A stretch of 58,624 nt of DNA, filler included, from Basidiobolus ranarum (Eukaryota): the NCBI GenBank assembly GCA_040143965.1. It is 7 parts of 7 records of this genome, joined end to end, with 100 filler letters (N's around TTAATTAATTAA, not from the genome) between each part and the next. Parts side by side here need not be neighbours in the genome. Positions count along the whole stretch, not along the records: positions 33,616 to 41,889 come from JASJQH010000989.1; positions 41,990 to 50,258 come from JASJQH010000990.1; 5 more parts are not named here. One strand, given 5' to 3'. The notes under the pieces were generated by a model, which was not told the DNA's origin, did not search any database, and saw only the letters and a program-made list of their open reading frames with translations. The position numbers and the translations under genes are program-made. Within the stretch, counting starts at the first letter, position 1, and every line of letters begins with the position of its first letter. Positions 39,001-50,358 of the stretch are shown here, one piece after another.

Positions 39001-40881
39001 TCAATAAATGGTCATAAGTGTACCTTTTCACACCAAATGAGACATTTTTCATGGGCCCACATAGATCAGAATGAATCAGGGCAAAGCTCTGAGTGGATTT
39101 GATCTCTTCAGAGCTTTAAGATGGCTATCAGTGATGTTTCTCATACATGCAATCTTCACACAGATCCAACTTAGTAATATTTTCAATTTCTAAGCCTGAA
39201 ACAAGCTGATTTTTGATCATTTGGGTCAGTTTTTGTAACCTAATTTTGCCTAAACTTCTATGCCATGTTTGACAGCTTATTTCTCCTGTTTGGGCTTAGG
39301 CATTGAATGCAATTTGTTGATTTCCAGCTTGTATAAAATTTGAGTTTAGCTCCCAGTAGCTAACTTAGTATTATATGAATCTGTGATAGTGCATCCAGCA
39401 TTGCTGAGCACAAAATTTTGTCCTTGAGTTGTTGCTTAGCTTACTAAGAGTAGATTCTTGGTTACATTTGGTACATTGAGTACATCCTCCAATTTTGCAG
39501 ATGGTGTAGCCATATTTTGATCTAAATTTGGCACAAATGTGCCCTTACCAACTGCATCTTGTGCATAGTCATCACCTAAGCAGACTTTCCATATTTGCAT
39601 AGGTTGTAAGTAGGAACACCAATCTTGCTTGTTTGACATAGGTTGGTATGTACCTGATTCAATGTACCATGTTTCTAAGTCCTCTTTAGTGGTTACTGAT
39701 AGGGCAGACACAAATAGATGATTCCTATCAGTTCTTACTTGTTCAGCTTGTTCCAATTTGAGCTTTATGGCAAAAATCCTTTTTCTGCAATCTTTGATTA
39801 TATCACCTGGTTTCACGTAATATCTGCAGATGATTGATTTCCTATTAGGGGCACCATTATCGGAGCCTTTTGGAGATTTTACAGCTCCAAAAAAAGCCTA
39901 TTCTGCACTATTTTACTGAGAATTAGGTTCTCTTTAATCCCTCATTCAAAAGCCTAGCACCAACATATTCCCTTGTTAGTAGCTCTGATTGATGTTAGGG
40001 TAAATATGAGATTCATAAATCTTTCTGGCAGGCTCCCAAGTGGTTTCAAGACTAAGTCACTTTCATTTAGAAGTACTCCAATGGATGAGAGCTCATTTGC
40101 CATAGTTTTTATCCAATTTATATGAATAAGCATGGGATTATGAGAATTTACCTGAATTGAGAAATTCATTTGCCTAAAATATAGCCTATTAGACAGACTT
40201 TTAGTCTTGCATAGTCCCTCAAGTGTTTCCCAGGCATATTGGACATTTTTGACTGATTGTAAGTGTCTCAATTGAGAGTCTCTGAGATGTAGACAAAGTG
40301 TACAAAGAGCTTTTCTCTGCTTCCTGTGAAAGGCAAGGATAGCTTCTGGTGGTCCCTTTGACTCCATTTTTTCTCCTGTACCAAATCCCAAAAGTTCATT
40401 GTGTTTTGACACCATTTGCATCTTGAACTTCCAAAGATGGAAGTCTACACCATAAACTTCTTTGTAGGTGCTAAAACAGTGGAAACAGTACAGGAAGACC
40501 TTCCTTTAACAGCTAGCTTGGGGCTCAACATGATCAAAGTGTTTAGGAAACTTAGTAGTGTTTTGGACAAGATTTGGATTTGTGATTTAGACTCTTGAGT
40601 TTAATTAGATAGATTATGTCCTACTTATAGTATACTATTAAATAGGACTATTGGATGTGCTTAGATCATGACAAGCATGCTTGTTAAGCATGGGTGATGA
40701 TTTGAGATGATTAGGAGAAGTTTTGTGAAAATAGTGAAAATTGTTATAAGTGATCTGATTGATATTTCCATCAATTAGAGCAATAAAGACGCATTTTGAT
40801 TGGCAGAGTTGAGGGCAAAATAATCAATATATCAGTAAACTAACTACTAAATAATGAGATGCTATTTACCTAATTTCAACA
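36058..40881 (-). mobile_element. Full-length degenerate copia family A element (~4.8 kb), LTRs 36058-36407 and 40531-40881
   Basis: Two diverged LTRs, PPT, eroded PBS; gag (39954-40421), PR, IN, RT (LYVADL) and RH in copia order on the minus strand. Confidence 0.92.
36790..36971. mobile_element. 182-bp Tourist/PIF-Harbinger-like MITE
   Basis: TIRs GGACTTGTTC / GAACAAGTCC; 3-bp TSD TTA/TCA; interrupts the RNase H sequence seen uninterrupted near 41841 (TGCTTCTTACTATTCC). Confidence 0.8.
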
Positions 40882-41118
40882 ACTTAATGAAACTTTTGCT
40901 CCAATAGCTATGTTTAGCTTGATTAGATAAATCCATGAAATTTCAGCCATCCACAACCATGATTCACATCAACAAGATGTAAAAACAGCCTTTTGGAATG
41001 GAAATCTAGCAGAAGAGGTCAATATTGAGCAACCAGATGGATTTGTTGACCCAAAGCTTCATGATAAGGTGTGTAAGCTGCTAGGTTTGCTATATACACT
41101 TAAGCAAGCACCCAAGGC

Positions 41119-41889
41119 TGATAAAAGTGTTTAGGGGATTTGGAAGTGCTTTGGACAAGATTTGGATTTGTGAATTAGACACTTAAGTTTTATTGAATAT
41201 GTCCTATTTGTAGTTTACCAAAAAATAGGACTATTGGACGTGTTTAGATCTTAACAAACATGCCTGTTAAGCATGGGTGAAAATTTGAGGTGATTTGGAG
41301 AAGTTTTGAGAAAATAGTGAAAATTGGTAAAAGTGATCTAATTGATATTTCTATCAACTAGAGCAATAAACACACGTTTTTGAATGACAGAATTGAGTAC
41401 TAAATAATCAGAATATGAATAAACTAACTACTAAACAATGCGTAGCTATTTACCTAATTTCAACATTCCCACTCAACTAATTATTTTGTGTTTCTCTTAA
41501 AACTAACTTATATCTTAATAATTCAAATTGTGCTTTAGCTAAAGGTTTGGTTAAGATATCAGCTATCATTTGTTCAGTAGGACAATAGACAAGTTCAATA
41601 ATATCATCCTCTATTGCTTCTCTAACAAAATGATACCTAATATCTATATGTTTTGTTCTAGCATGAAATGTAGGGTTTTTAGCTAATGAAATACAACTTT
41701 GATTATCTTCAAATACAGTAATAGTACGTGTTTGCATGTATTCTAAGTCTGTAAATAACTTCCTTAACCACATAGCTCCTTGTGTAGTAGCAGAGGCAGC
41801 CATATACTCTGCTTCTGTAGTGGAAAGTGCTACGGTTGGTTGCTTCTTACTATTCCAAGTTATGGCTCCATTACCATAGAGAAAAGTGT
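41119..41889 (-). mobile_element. 3' end of young copia family A element: RNase H ORF and 3' LTR (41119-41465)
   Basis: Open ORF 41477-41803 (EDNQSC, TKHIDIRYHF, ADILTK); highly similar to 33616-34221; several CpGs retained. Confidence 0.93.
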
Positions 41890-42107
41890 NNNNNNNNNNN
41901 NNNNNNNNNNNNNNNNNNNNNNNNNNNNNNNNNTTAATTAATTAANNNNNNNNNNNNNNNNNNNNNNNNNNNNNNNNNNNNNNNNNNNNATCAAATCTAA
42001 CTTGACAATTTTATGATGGTAAGTAAACGGTCAACCCCAAATGGATTAAAATTGTGACGGTTTTCCTACGATAACAATCCTCAAATTTCTGTTAGGGTAT
42101 TCTCATA

Positions 42108-42341
42108 AGGAATTTACTTAGAAGTTCTCAAATATATAGATTTTTTTCAAATGTGTGCTAGAAGCCCCAAACTTTGCACACATGTTCCTGAGACCTTCCT
42201 TAACACGTTCTACATATTAGTTTGTATACATCTTGACAAAACTATAAATGTCAACTGAATACTCAATAAATCAAAAAGTGAAAACCACCAATTTCTCTAA
42301 TTTTCCACACCACTTCCAACAGGCTCCCAAATACTTTAACA
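42108..42341 (+). repeat. Partial copia family B LTR
   Basis: GAAGCCCCAAACTTTGCAC...AGGCTCCCAAATACTTTAACA matches other family B LTRs. Confidence 0.8.
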
Positions 42342-42887
42342 ATATGAGCCTTTTTTTGGAAAAAAATTTGGATTGAAATCAGGTCAAATAAAGAAAATGA
42401 TGGACCAGAAACCATCAAAATCACTATAGTAGGAATAGGAATAGATATGATGGCATGACTTTATAATTAATCCAATGGAATTTACTGATGATAATTTGGA
42501 TAACTTTATGGTTTAAGAGGTTCATGCAAAGGCTCATATGGCTGTAGAGTTAATCAACCACGGTTTATATTTTTTAGTAAAGATAATAGTAGTAAATTGA
42601 AAAATTGATGCAATAAACAAACTCATACTTGAGCAAAATTTTTCACTAGAGCCTTTATTGGTGTGTCAATAATATTCTATATCCTTAGATAAACATGCTA
42701 CTCTACCTGTCCATTGATGGATGTTTTGATCGGCTATGAAATACTGCACGACTGTGGTTTTAGATAATCATGCTATAGGCGGTTAAACTACTTGGGTTAT
42801 TATTTACCATAATTAACTTAATTATGCGAAATTGAAATACACTTGAAATCACGAATTTAGGATTGAAAATTGAGTATGTTGCAACAA

Positions 42888-44388
42888 CTAAAGAGGAAAG
42901 CTTGGTCCCACATCTTTGACGGTCAACGGGTTACGTCTGATACGAGTGCTTGATAACTCGTCGGCACCAATATCAGGCTTTCCATCATCACGAAGCTGGC
43001 CTTGAATATCGTCGCTAACTTCAAAGATGTTTGTCACCGCGGTACTATTAACGGATGGGCTAGTGGAAGTCAACAAGTAGTTACTGTTCAATTTAAAATC
43101 AGCTACGGCAACAAACCCATCAGCAGGAACATCTTTGGCACTTTTCAGAATCAAATTTCCAGAATAAGTAGTCTTAAGTTGCTTGGTCATTTTGAGAATG
43201 ATGTTAGCACCTCCAACAACGTTGTTTGCAATGGTATTCTCAGATGGAAATAAGGAAGAATCGGTTGGGTTTTTATCCCAAGACATTTCAATTGGGGCAA
43301 AAAAGGTGTTGTGGACCGACTGAGATTTGATGGCAGGTCTGTGTGTTGCATCACGTCTACCACTCAGCTAAAAATTGAGAAGGGTTAGTCTAGATAATCT
43401 GTAACGGAACTCAAGTACCACTTACCATGAGTGCGTTTCCAGCGATGTTGTAAACTAAATTGTTATAAATACTATGCCCATTTCCATGTAAGCGGATTCC
43501 AGTGGAACCCTTTTTGTTGTTACCATCAATGATATTACCATAAACCTTGGAGTTATCAGTGTTTCTCAAGACAATTCCTCCAGCACTGTTGCGGATGGTA
43601 TTGTAACGGACTGTAGCCTTACTAGACTTGACAGAAATGATTTCTGGATCACCATCACATGATTCAAAAAGGTTATACTGAACATTGGCTCCAGATATCG
43701 GACCGTCAGGGAAATCCGCATGAGTGTTTCCGAGTGCGATCGCTTCGCCACCATTTGGAGAAGTGGCGACAAGGTCATGGAAGTAAGAGCGATCAACTTG
43801 CAAGTTCGTAGCAATCGGAATGATCTTGGAGCTTGGATCGCATGTTACCAGGATTGGCGAACCTTGAGCCTTTTTTGGTCCGAATTCACAACGATCAATA
43901 CGGACAGAGTCGGAAGTAGATTTGACGACAACCCAATCGTAGTTTCCTCCATCAGCAGGATCTTCTATCTTAAAAGTAGATCTTGTGATACGACAGCTTT
44001 GGCAATCAACAATATCTACCCGTTGAGATGGCCCATTGAAGGTAAAGCCGTCGAGTACTACGTATGCATTATCCCTGAAGCTGAATATTTTTGTGAGTAC
44101 AGCTTTACCAGTGTTCTTTGCACGGATAACAATTGGTGCGTCTTTAGTGCCTTTCACTTTTCGAACGCCCACAAAAGAACTATAATCCCCGTCGTTTAGG
44201 ATGAAGCATGAACCGGGAACAGCTTTCTCTAGCTTAGTATTGAGGTCATTTGCATCAGATATTTGAAGCGTTTGGACACATGGTGGAAGAGGGTCATCCA
44301 AAATATCACGTTTAGGGCGAACAGCGCTGACCGTGGTAAATAAGGATGCAAGTATGCCACCAGCAAGAAGATTAGATAGACAAACCAT
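42888..44388 (-). CDS. Secreted polysaccharide lyase family 6 (alginate lyase/chondroitinase B-like), copy 1, 480 aa
   Basis: Exons 44388-43426 and 43367-42888; intron GTAAGT..GACTAAC..TAG; signal peptide; NGGE, CDGDPEIISVKSS, GGIVLR and PDIGADE...PLTVKDVGP motifs. Confidence 0.9.
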
Positions 44389-44917
44389 AGTGAATATCTT
44401 TCATGACTAGTGATGACCTTTTATGTTCATTGCCTGCAGAGTTATTAAATGACATAATTGTACTCTTCCAAAAATCTGTTAGAATACATAAAGAGTCTTC
44501 ACCATTTAGGAACTCATACAAGTATTACTGCTCCACTACCTGACTATCGGTGACCGAATGGATTTATAAGCAAAAGCGGAAGATCTTCAACATCTTTTAA
44601 CCAAAACAAATATTTAGTCTCTCTGTAAGATTATTTGTGAGCCCACACACTTCCAACTGCTCCATCATGTATCTCCCAAGGTAGGACTTATCCAGATATA
44701 TTCCTGAACGAATAAATGAAAAATTTAATCGCGCCCGATTTTTCGAATGCATTACCTCACTTTGAATGCCAATTTAGATAACTTCGTTACTATCAATTAT
44801 TAGCAATGCATTTCATTAATTTCGTGTATCTTAAACAACATAAACCTGGTTGGTATTGACACGTTTTTCAGTGAATATTTATTAAATTGCATGATTTCCT
44901 ATATAAAATACTCTAAC

Positions 44918-46435
44918 TTAAAGAGGAAAGTTTGGTCCAACATCCTTGACAGTTAAAGGATTACGCTTAACTCGCGCTTCAGAAAGCTCATCAGCACCAA
45001 TATCTGGCTTACCATCATTACGAGGTTGGCCTTGAATATCATCGGTAGTCGAAAAGATGGTTTTCACTGCAGAAGTATTAACAGCTGGACTGCTGGAAGT
45101 CAACATATAGTCACTGTCCAATTTGAAATCAGCTACGGCAACAAATCCTTCAGTAGGAACATCTTTAGCACCTTTTAAGACCATATTTCCTGAGTAAGTA
45201 GTCTTTGATTGCTTGGTTAATTTGAGAATGATGTTGGAACCACCCATTATGTTGTTAGCAATGGTGTTCTCGGATGGGAAAAGTGAAGAATCAGTAGGGT
45301 TTTCATTCCAGGACATTTCAATGGGGCCGAAGAGTGTATTGTGGACCAACTCTGATTTGGTAGCAGCTCTGTGAGTATCACCACGTTTAGGACTCAACTA
45401 AATGATGGGAAATGGGCAATTAGTACAGGGCTAGGAGTGGTATAAATCGGGAATAAAATGAAAATGCTTTACCGCAAGTGCGCGACCATCAATATTGTAG
45501 ATCAGATTGTTGGAAACAGTATGACCGGTTCCGTGAATACGAACTCCAGCGGATCCTTTTTTGTTCTTACCATCAATGGTGTTACCATAGACCTTGGACT
45601 TATCGGTATTTCTCAAAACAATTCCTCCAGCACTGTTACGGATGGTATTGTAGCGGATTGAAGCCTTACTAGACTTGACAGAAATGATTTCTGGGTCCCC
45701 ATCACATGATTCAAAGAGATTGTATTGAACATAGGCGCGGGCTTCGGGGCCATTAGGGAAATCTGGATGAGTATTTCCTAGTGCAATAGCTTCACCACCA
45801 TTGTCGGACGCAGGAATAAGGTCATGGAAGTAAGAACGATCAATTTGCAAGTTAGTGGCAATAGGGTCTGTCTTAGAGGCTCCATTGGAAGGCATGATAA
45901 TTGGGGAACCCTGGCCTCTCTTGGGTCCGAATTCACAATGATCAATACGAACAGAGTCCGAGGTAGATTTGATGACAAGCCAATCGTGATTTTTTCCATC
46001 GGTGGGATCTCTAATCTTGAATGTTGATCTTGTGATACGGCAACTCTGGCAACCTTCAACTTCAACACGTTGACCTGAACCACTGAAGGTGAAGCCATCT
46101 AATACTACATATGCGTTGTCTCTGAATTTAAGATCTTTGTTGAGAACAGCCTTACCGGTTTTCTTAGCACGGATCACAATTGGCGCTTTCTGAGTACCCT
46201 TAGCATTACGAATGTCACCAAGAGCACTGTAGTCGCCATCGTTTAGGATGAAGCATGAACCTGGTTTAGCTTTTCCCAGTTTAGCGACAAGGTCTTTGAC
46301 ATCTGCAATTGGTAGTGTCTGGACGCATGATGGAAGTGGATCGTTCAAGATATCACTTTCTGGGATGGCGGCATTGGCAGTGATGAAGACTGTCGCAAGG
46401 ACAGTGCTTGCAAAAAGAGTACAGAGATGAACCAT
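44918..46435 (-). CDS. Secreted PL6 lyase, copy 2, 480 aa
   Basis: Exons 46435-45473 and 45397-44918; intron 45398-45472 at the same codon position as copy 1; same motifs. Confidence 0.9.
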
Positions 46436-47147
46436 AGTGAAGATGATTTACAAGAAGGGGTGTGTATGCCTATTTATGTGAGTTAATAACTGGCTGTCTG
46501 CGGTAGGGCATGCCTGTACAATATCAGAATAAAGAATTTAACCCAAACAAACCAATGAAAAAGCAAATTGATTTGTTAGTGTCCAGGAACTTGTACAGGT
46601 ACTACTATAGTAAACTTCCATACACCGAGATCATATCAAGTAAAGTTCACTGTTTCTTTTCAAAGCGACCGTGACTAAGTAGATATGTATTTCGGGCTTA
46701 TATTCTGCATCAGTGAGTTAAAATAAATGTATTATAATTGATTTGATAACTGGTGTGTAACATAACTACGTAGAACCCTTAGCAGAATACAAAAGAAAGT
46801 AAAGAGTTGACGATCCTTGGCGATCTTAGAGTAAATATCTATCCGAGACTTGTGAGTTCCATTGCTACAATGTGAAAAGTTGAACTACTCTACATATGAG
46901 GCTCAATCTTTGTTTCCAAATTGTAAAGGTTACTGTGATTTGCTATATAGAAGGATCAGCCATGTTAATGGAAAACTTCAACTGAGCTTACACGTTACCT
47001 GCAACGTTCGTTACACACCATAATCGTTATCATTTATGTCAATGCTAATTGGGGGAAAATCAAGACAAATTTCCGAAATAGGTTGACCATTTCAAGGGCT
47101 GGGAAATCTCTATCATTATTGCATGCTATTTAGGTAAGTACTAGATT

Positions 47148-47226
47148 TAGTTAACAGCATATCAATTTGTATAGTTAACAGCATATCAATTTATATAGTT
47201 AACAGCATATCAATTTGTATAGTTAA
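47148..47226. repeat. 24-bp tandem repeat x3.3
   Basis: TAGTTAACAGCATATCAATTT(G/A)TA repeated without spacers. Confidence 0.9.
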
Positions 47227-47590
47227 TCATAGGGACAAGATATAATATAGCATAACGCATCAGCATAGGATTAACAAAAAGTGATTAATGAATACAAGAA
47301 TAAGGAATGCTATCAATTTAATAGAATTCTGCTCACCAGACCTATTACATAATAAGTGTGATTACAACCCAAGATTTTTGCTCTGTTAATAAATACTGAT
47401 ATGCAAGTGTTTGTGATGAGTACAATCCACAATTACTAGCCTAAAAATGATCCTAAAGATACTTTGGCTATTTTCTGTTCAACAAATAAATTACGCAAAT
47501 AGTAAGTATAATTCTAGCCCAAAACTTTTAGTCTGCATAAAGCGTCAGTATATACTACTGTACATATACTACTGTAGGTAATGATGTAGC

Positions 47591-48363
47591 CTAAAGAGGA
47601 AAGCCTGGCTCAACATCCTTAGTAGTTAGTGGATTACGCTTGATAGGGGCATTGGAGAATTCATCAGCACCAATATCTGGCTTTCCATCATTACGGGGTT
47701 GACCTTGGATATCATCATTAGTCGAAAATATAGTTTTCACAGCAGTGCTATTAACGGCTGGACTATCAGAAGTCAACAAGTAGTCACTGTTCAATTTGAA
47801 ATCAGCTACGGCAACAAACCCTTCAGTAGGAACATCTTTAGCACCCTTTAAGACCATATTTCCAGAGTAAGCAGTCTTTGATTGCTTGGTCAATTTAAGA
47901 ATGATATTAGAACCACCGAATAAGTTGTTAGCAACGGTGTTCTCGAATGGGAAAAGAGAAGGGTCAGTTGGGTTCTCGTTCCAGGACATCTCAACTGAGC
48001 CGAAGAGTGTGTTGTGAACCAACTCTGATTTGCTGGCAACTCTGTGTCCATTACCACGTTTAGGACTCAACTAAATGATAAAAAATGAGAGATTGGTCCA
48101 AAGTTAAGAACGAAATTGTTCAAAATAAAATCAAAATATATGTACCGAAATTGCACGACCAGCAATATTGTAAATCAAATTAATTGGAAATAATGTGGCC
48201 AGTACCATGTAAGCGGACCCCGCTTGAACCCTTTTTATTTTTACCATCGATGGTGTTGCAATAGACTTTAGAGTTATCAGTATTTCTCAAAATAATTCCT
48301 CCAGCACTGTTACGGATAGTATTGTAGCGGATTGTAGCCTTACTAGACGTGATAGAAATGATT
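47591..48363 (-). pseudogene. PL6 copy 3 pseudogene (5'-truncated, frameshifted)
   Basis: Open exon 2 (47591-48070); intron 48071-48145; exon 1 remnant with +1 insertion (TCC AAT T AAT) and Lys->Thr in IISITSS; breaks off at a (TA)n tract near 48364. Confidence 0.85.
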
Positions 48364-48827
48364 TATATATATATATATTTATGTAAAATATCGGCCATGT
48401 GTTTGTATGTTAAACTTGATCCTTCTAATTATGTACCTACCTGAATGATAAGTTAGGACCAAATTCCCAGGTACATTCATTGGTATCCAGTCAACCAGAA
48501 AACTGTTACCTAAAGTTCATTATTACTTCCAAAGCAGTTAAAACCAATAAGTTCATAGTTGGTGTTGATAAAACAGAAGAGCGTTTAGATATGTAAAATA
48601 TTCGGTCATAGCGTAAATTTAAGCAGGAGACACTGTTGTTCGTCACTACCATGTGAAAATTACTGCTTTACACACATCTCTCATAGAATTTAGAGTAACT
48701 TTTTCTTCTACGAATCCAAGAGCTTTATTGGAACACCTAGACCATCATGACGAATTTTAAATGGAAAGATCGGCCATGTGGATGGGAAAATCCCATGGAC
48801 CCCGCACGTTGGTTACACAATACTCGT

Positions 48828-49420
48828 ACTTCCCGAGTAAGTAGTTTTTGATTGCTTGATCAACTCGAGAATGATATTAGCACCACTGATTAAGTTGTTA
48901 GCTATGGTATTATGTGATAAGAATAGAGGAGTCAGTGAAGTTTCATTCCAGGACAATTCAACTGAACCGAATGAGTGTCTTGTAAACCAATTCTGATTTG
49001 GTAGCAGATTTGTGTGTATCACCACGCGTAGGTCGCAACTAAATGATACAAAATGAACAATTAAGATTCATCCAATCTTAATGTTCTCCATTGGTGGGAT
49101 CTCTAATCTTGAATGACGATCTTGTGACACGTAACTCTGACAATCAACAATTTCGATGGCCCATTGAAAGTAAGGCCGTCAAGTGATACGTACGTGTTAT
49201 TTCTAAAGCAGAGAATCAACAATTTCGATGGCCCATTGAAAGTAAGGCCGTCAAGTGTTATTTCTGAAGTTTAGTATTTGGGTGACTGCCCTTAGCATTA
49301 CGGGTATCACCGATAACACCACAGTCGCCATCATTTAGATTGAGCTTTGCCAAGTTTAGCGATAAGGTCTTGGGCATAAGCCATTATCCGTGTTTGGATA
49401 CAATGTGAGATTGAGTCGTT
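48828..49420 (-). pseudogene. PL6 copy 4, heavily deleted pseudogene
   Basis: Exon 2 remnant (FGSVELSWNE...IANNLISGANIILELIKQSKTTYSG); exon 1 scraps; internal ~44-bp duplication at ~49142 and ~49214. Confidence 0.8.
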
Positions 49421-49792
49421 TCAGATAGCGCAATGAAATAGTGCAGCATTGCCATTTTGTATTAAGTAATGCCACAAATAAATAGAGCATGTTAGACACT
49501 GGCACTTTGCATTAGTTATGAGGAACAAGCAAGTATATTCATTCAATGAGGAGGGATTGTCAAGCATTGTGTCGGAAATTGCTCAAATATTTATCCAAGC
49601 TACTAGGAATTTTAGCTACTTACCTAATTTATCATCAGAAGTTTTTAATACGTGACCCAAAACAATTCGATTTAAAACAATTAATGAATGCTAAAATCAA
49701 TCGTGCTATTGGTTTATTAGTATTCGAATGAATTACGTTCAACAGTATTACTTGGATAATAAATATCATTCTATTACAGGTAATGATGTAGC

Positions 49793-50258
49793 TTAAAGAG
49801 GAAGTCCTGGTCCAACATCCTTAGTAGTTAATGGATTGCGCTTGATGGGAGCATTAGACAGCTCATCAGCACCAATATCTGGCTTTCCATCATTACGGGG
49901 TTGACCTTGAATATCATCGTTAGTCGAAAATATAGTTTTCACAGCAGTGCTATTAACGGCTGGACTATCAGAAGTCAACAAATAGTCACTGTTCAATTTG
50001 AAATCAGCTACGGCAACAAACCCTTCAGTAGGAACATCTTTAGCACCCTTTAAGACCATATTTCCAGAGTAAGTAGTCTTTGATTGCTTGGTCAATTTAA
50101 GAATGATATTAGAACCACCGAATAAGTTATTAGCAACGGTGTTCTCGAATGGGAAAAGAGAAGGGTCAGTTGGGTTCTCGTTCCAGGACATCTCAATGGG
50201 GCCGAAGAGTGTATTGTGGACCAACTCTGATTTGCTAGCAGCTCTGTGGGAATCACCA
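49793..50258 (-). CDS. PL6 copy 5, exon 2 only (rest cut by contig end)
   Basis: Open frame nearly identical to copy 3 exon 2, with shared 3' flank AGGTAATGATGTAGC. Confidence 0.8.
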
Positions 50259-50358
50259 NNNNNNNNNNNNNNNNNNNNNNNNNNNNNNNNNNNNNNNNNN
50301 NNTTAATTAATTAANNNNNNNNNNNNNNNNNNNNNNNNNNNNNNNNNNNNNNNNNNNN

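Larger units (their letters stand above)
34222..41118 (+). mobile_element. Older copia family A element (34222-36057 and 40882-41118) interrupted by a nested element
   Basis: PR-IN-RT remnants; RT sequence ...CCAGGGGATGATTTT breaks at 36057 and resumes at 40882 with ...AATGAAACTTTTGCTCC. Confidence 0.85.

Noticed and set aside
42888-46435. Alternating large and small ORFs looking like a two-gene operon or split enzyme
   Set aside because: Each pair is joined in frame by a canonical GT-AG intron with a branch site, giving one 480-aa protein.
47148-47226. Possible CRISPR-like array
   Set aside because: Contiguous 24-bp units with no spacers, no cas genes and a eukaryotic context; a simple minisatellite.
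41990-50258. Bacterial contaminant contig as the source of the PL6 genes
   Set aside because: Spliceosomal introns, plus an LTR and a repeat shared with the other fungal contigs.
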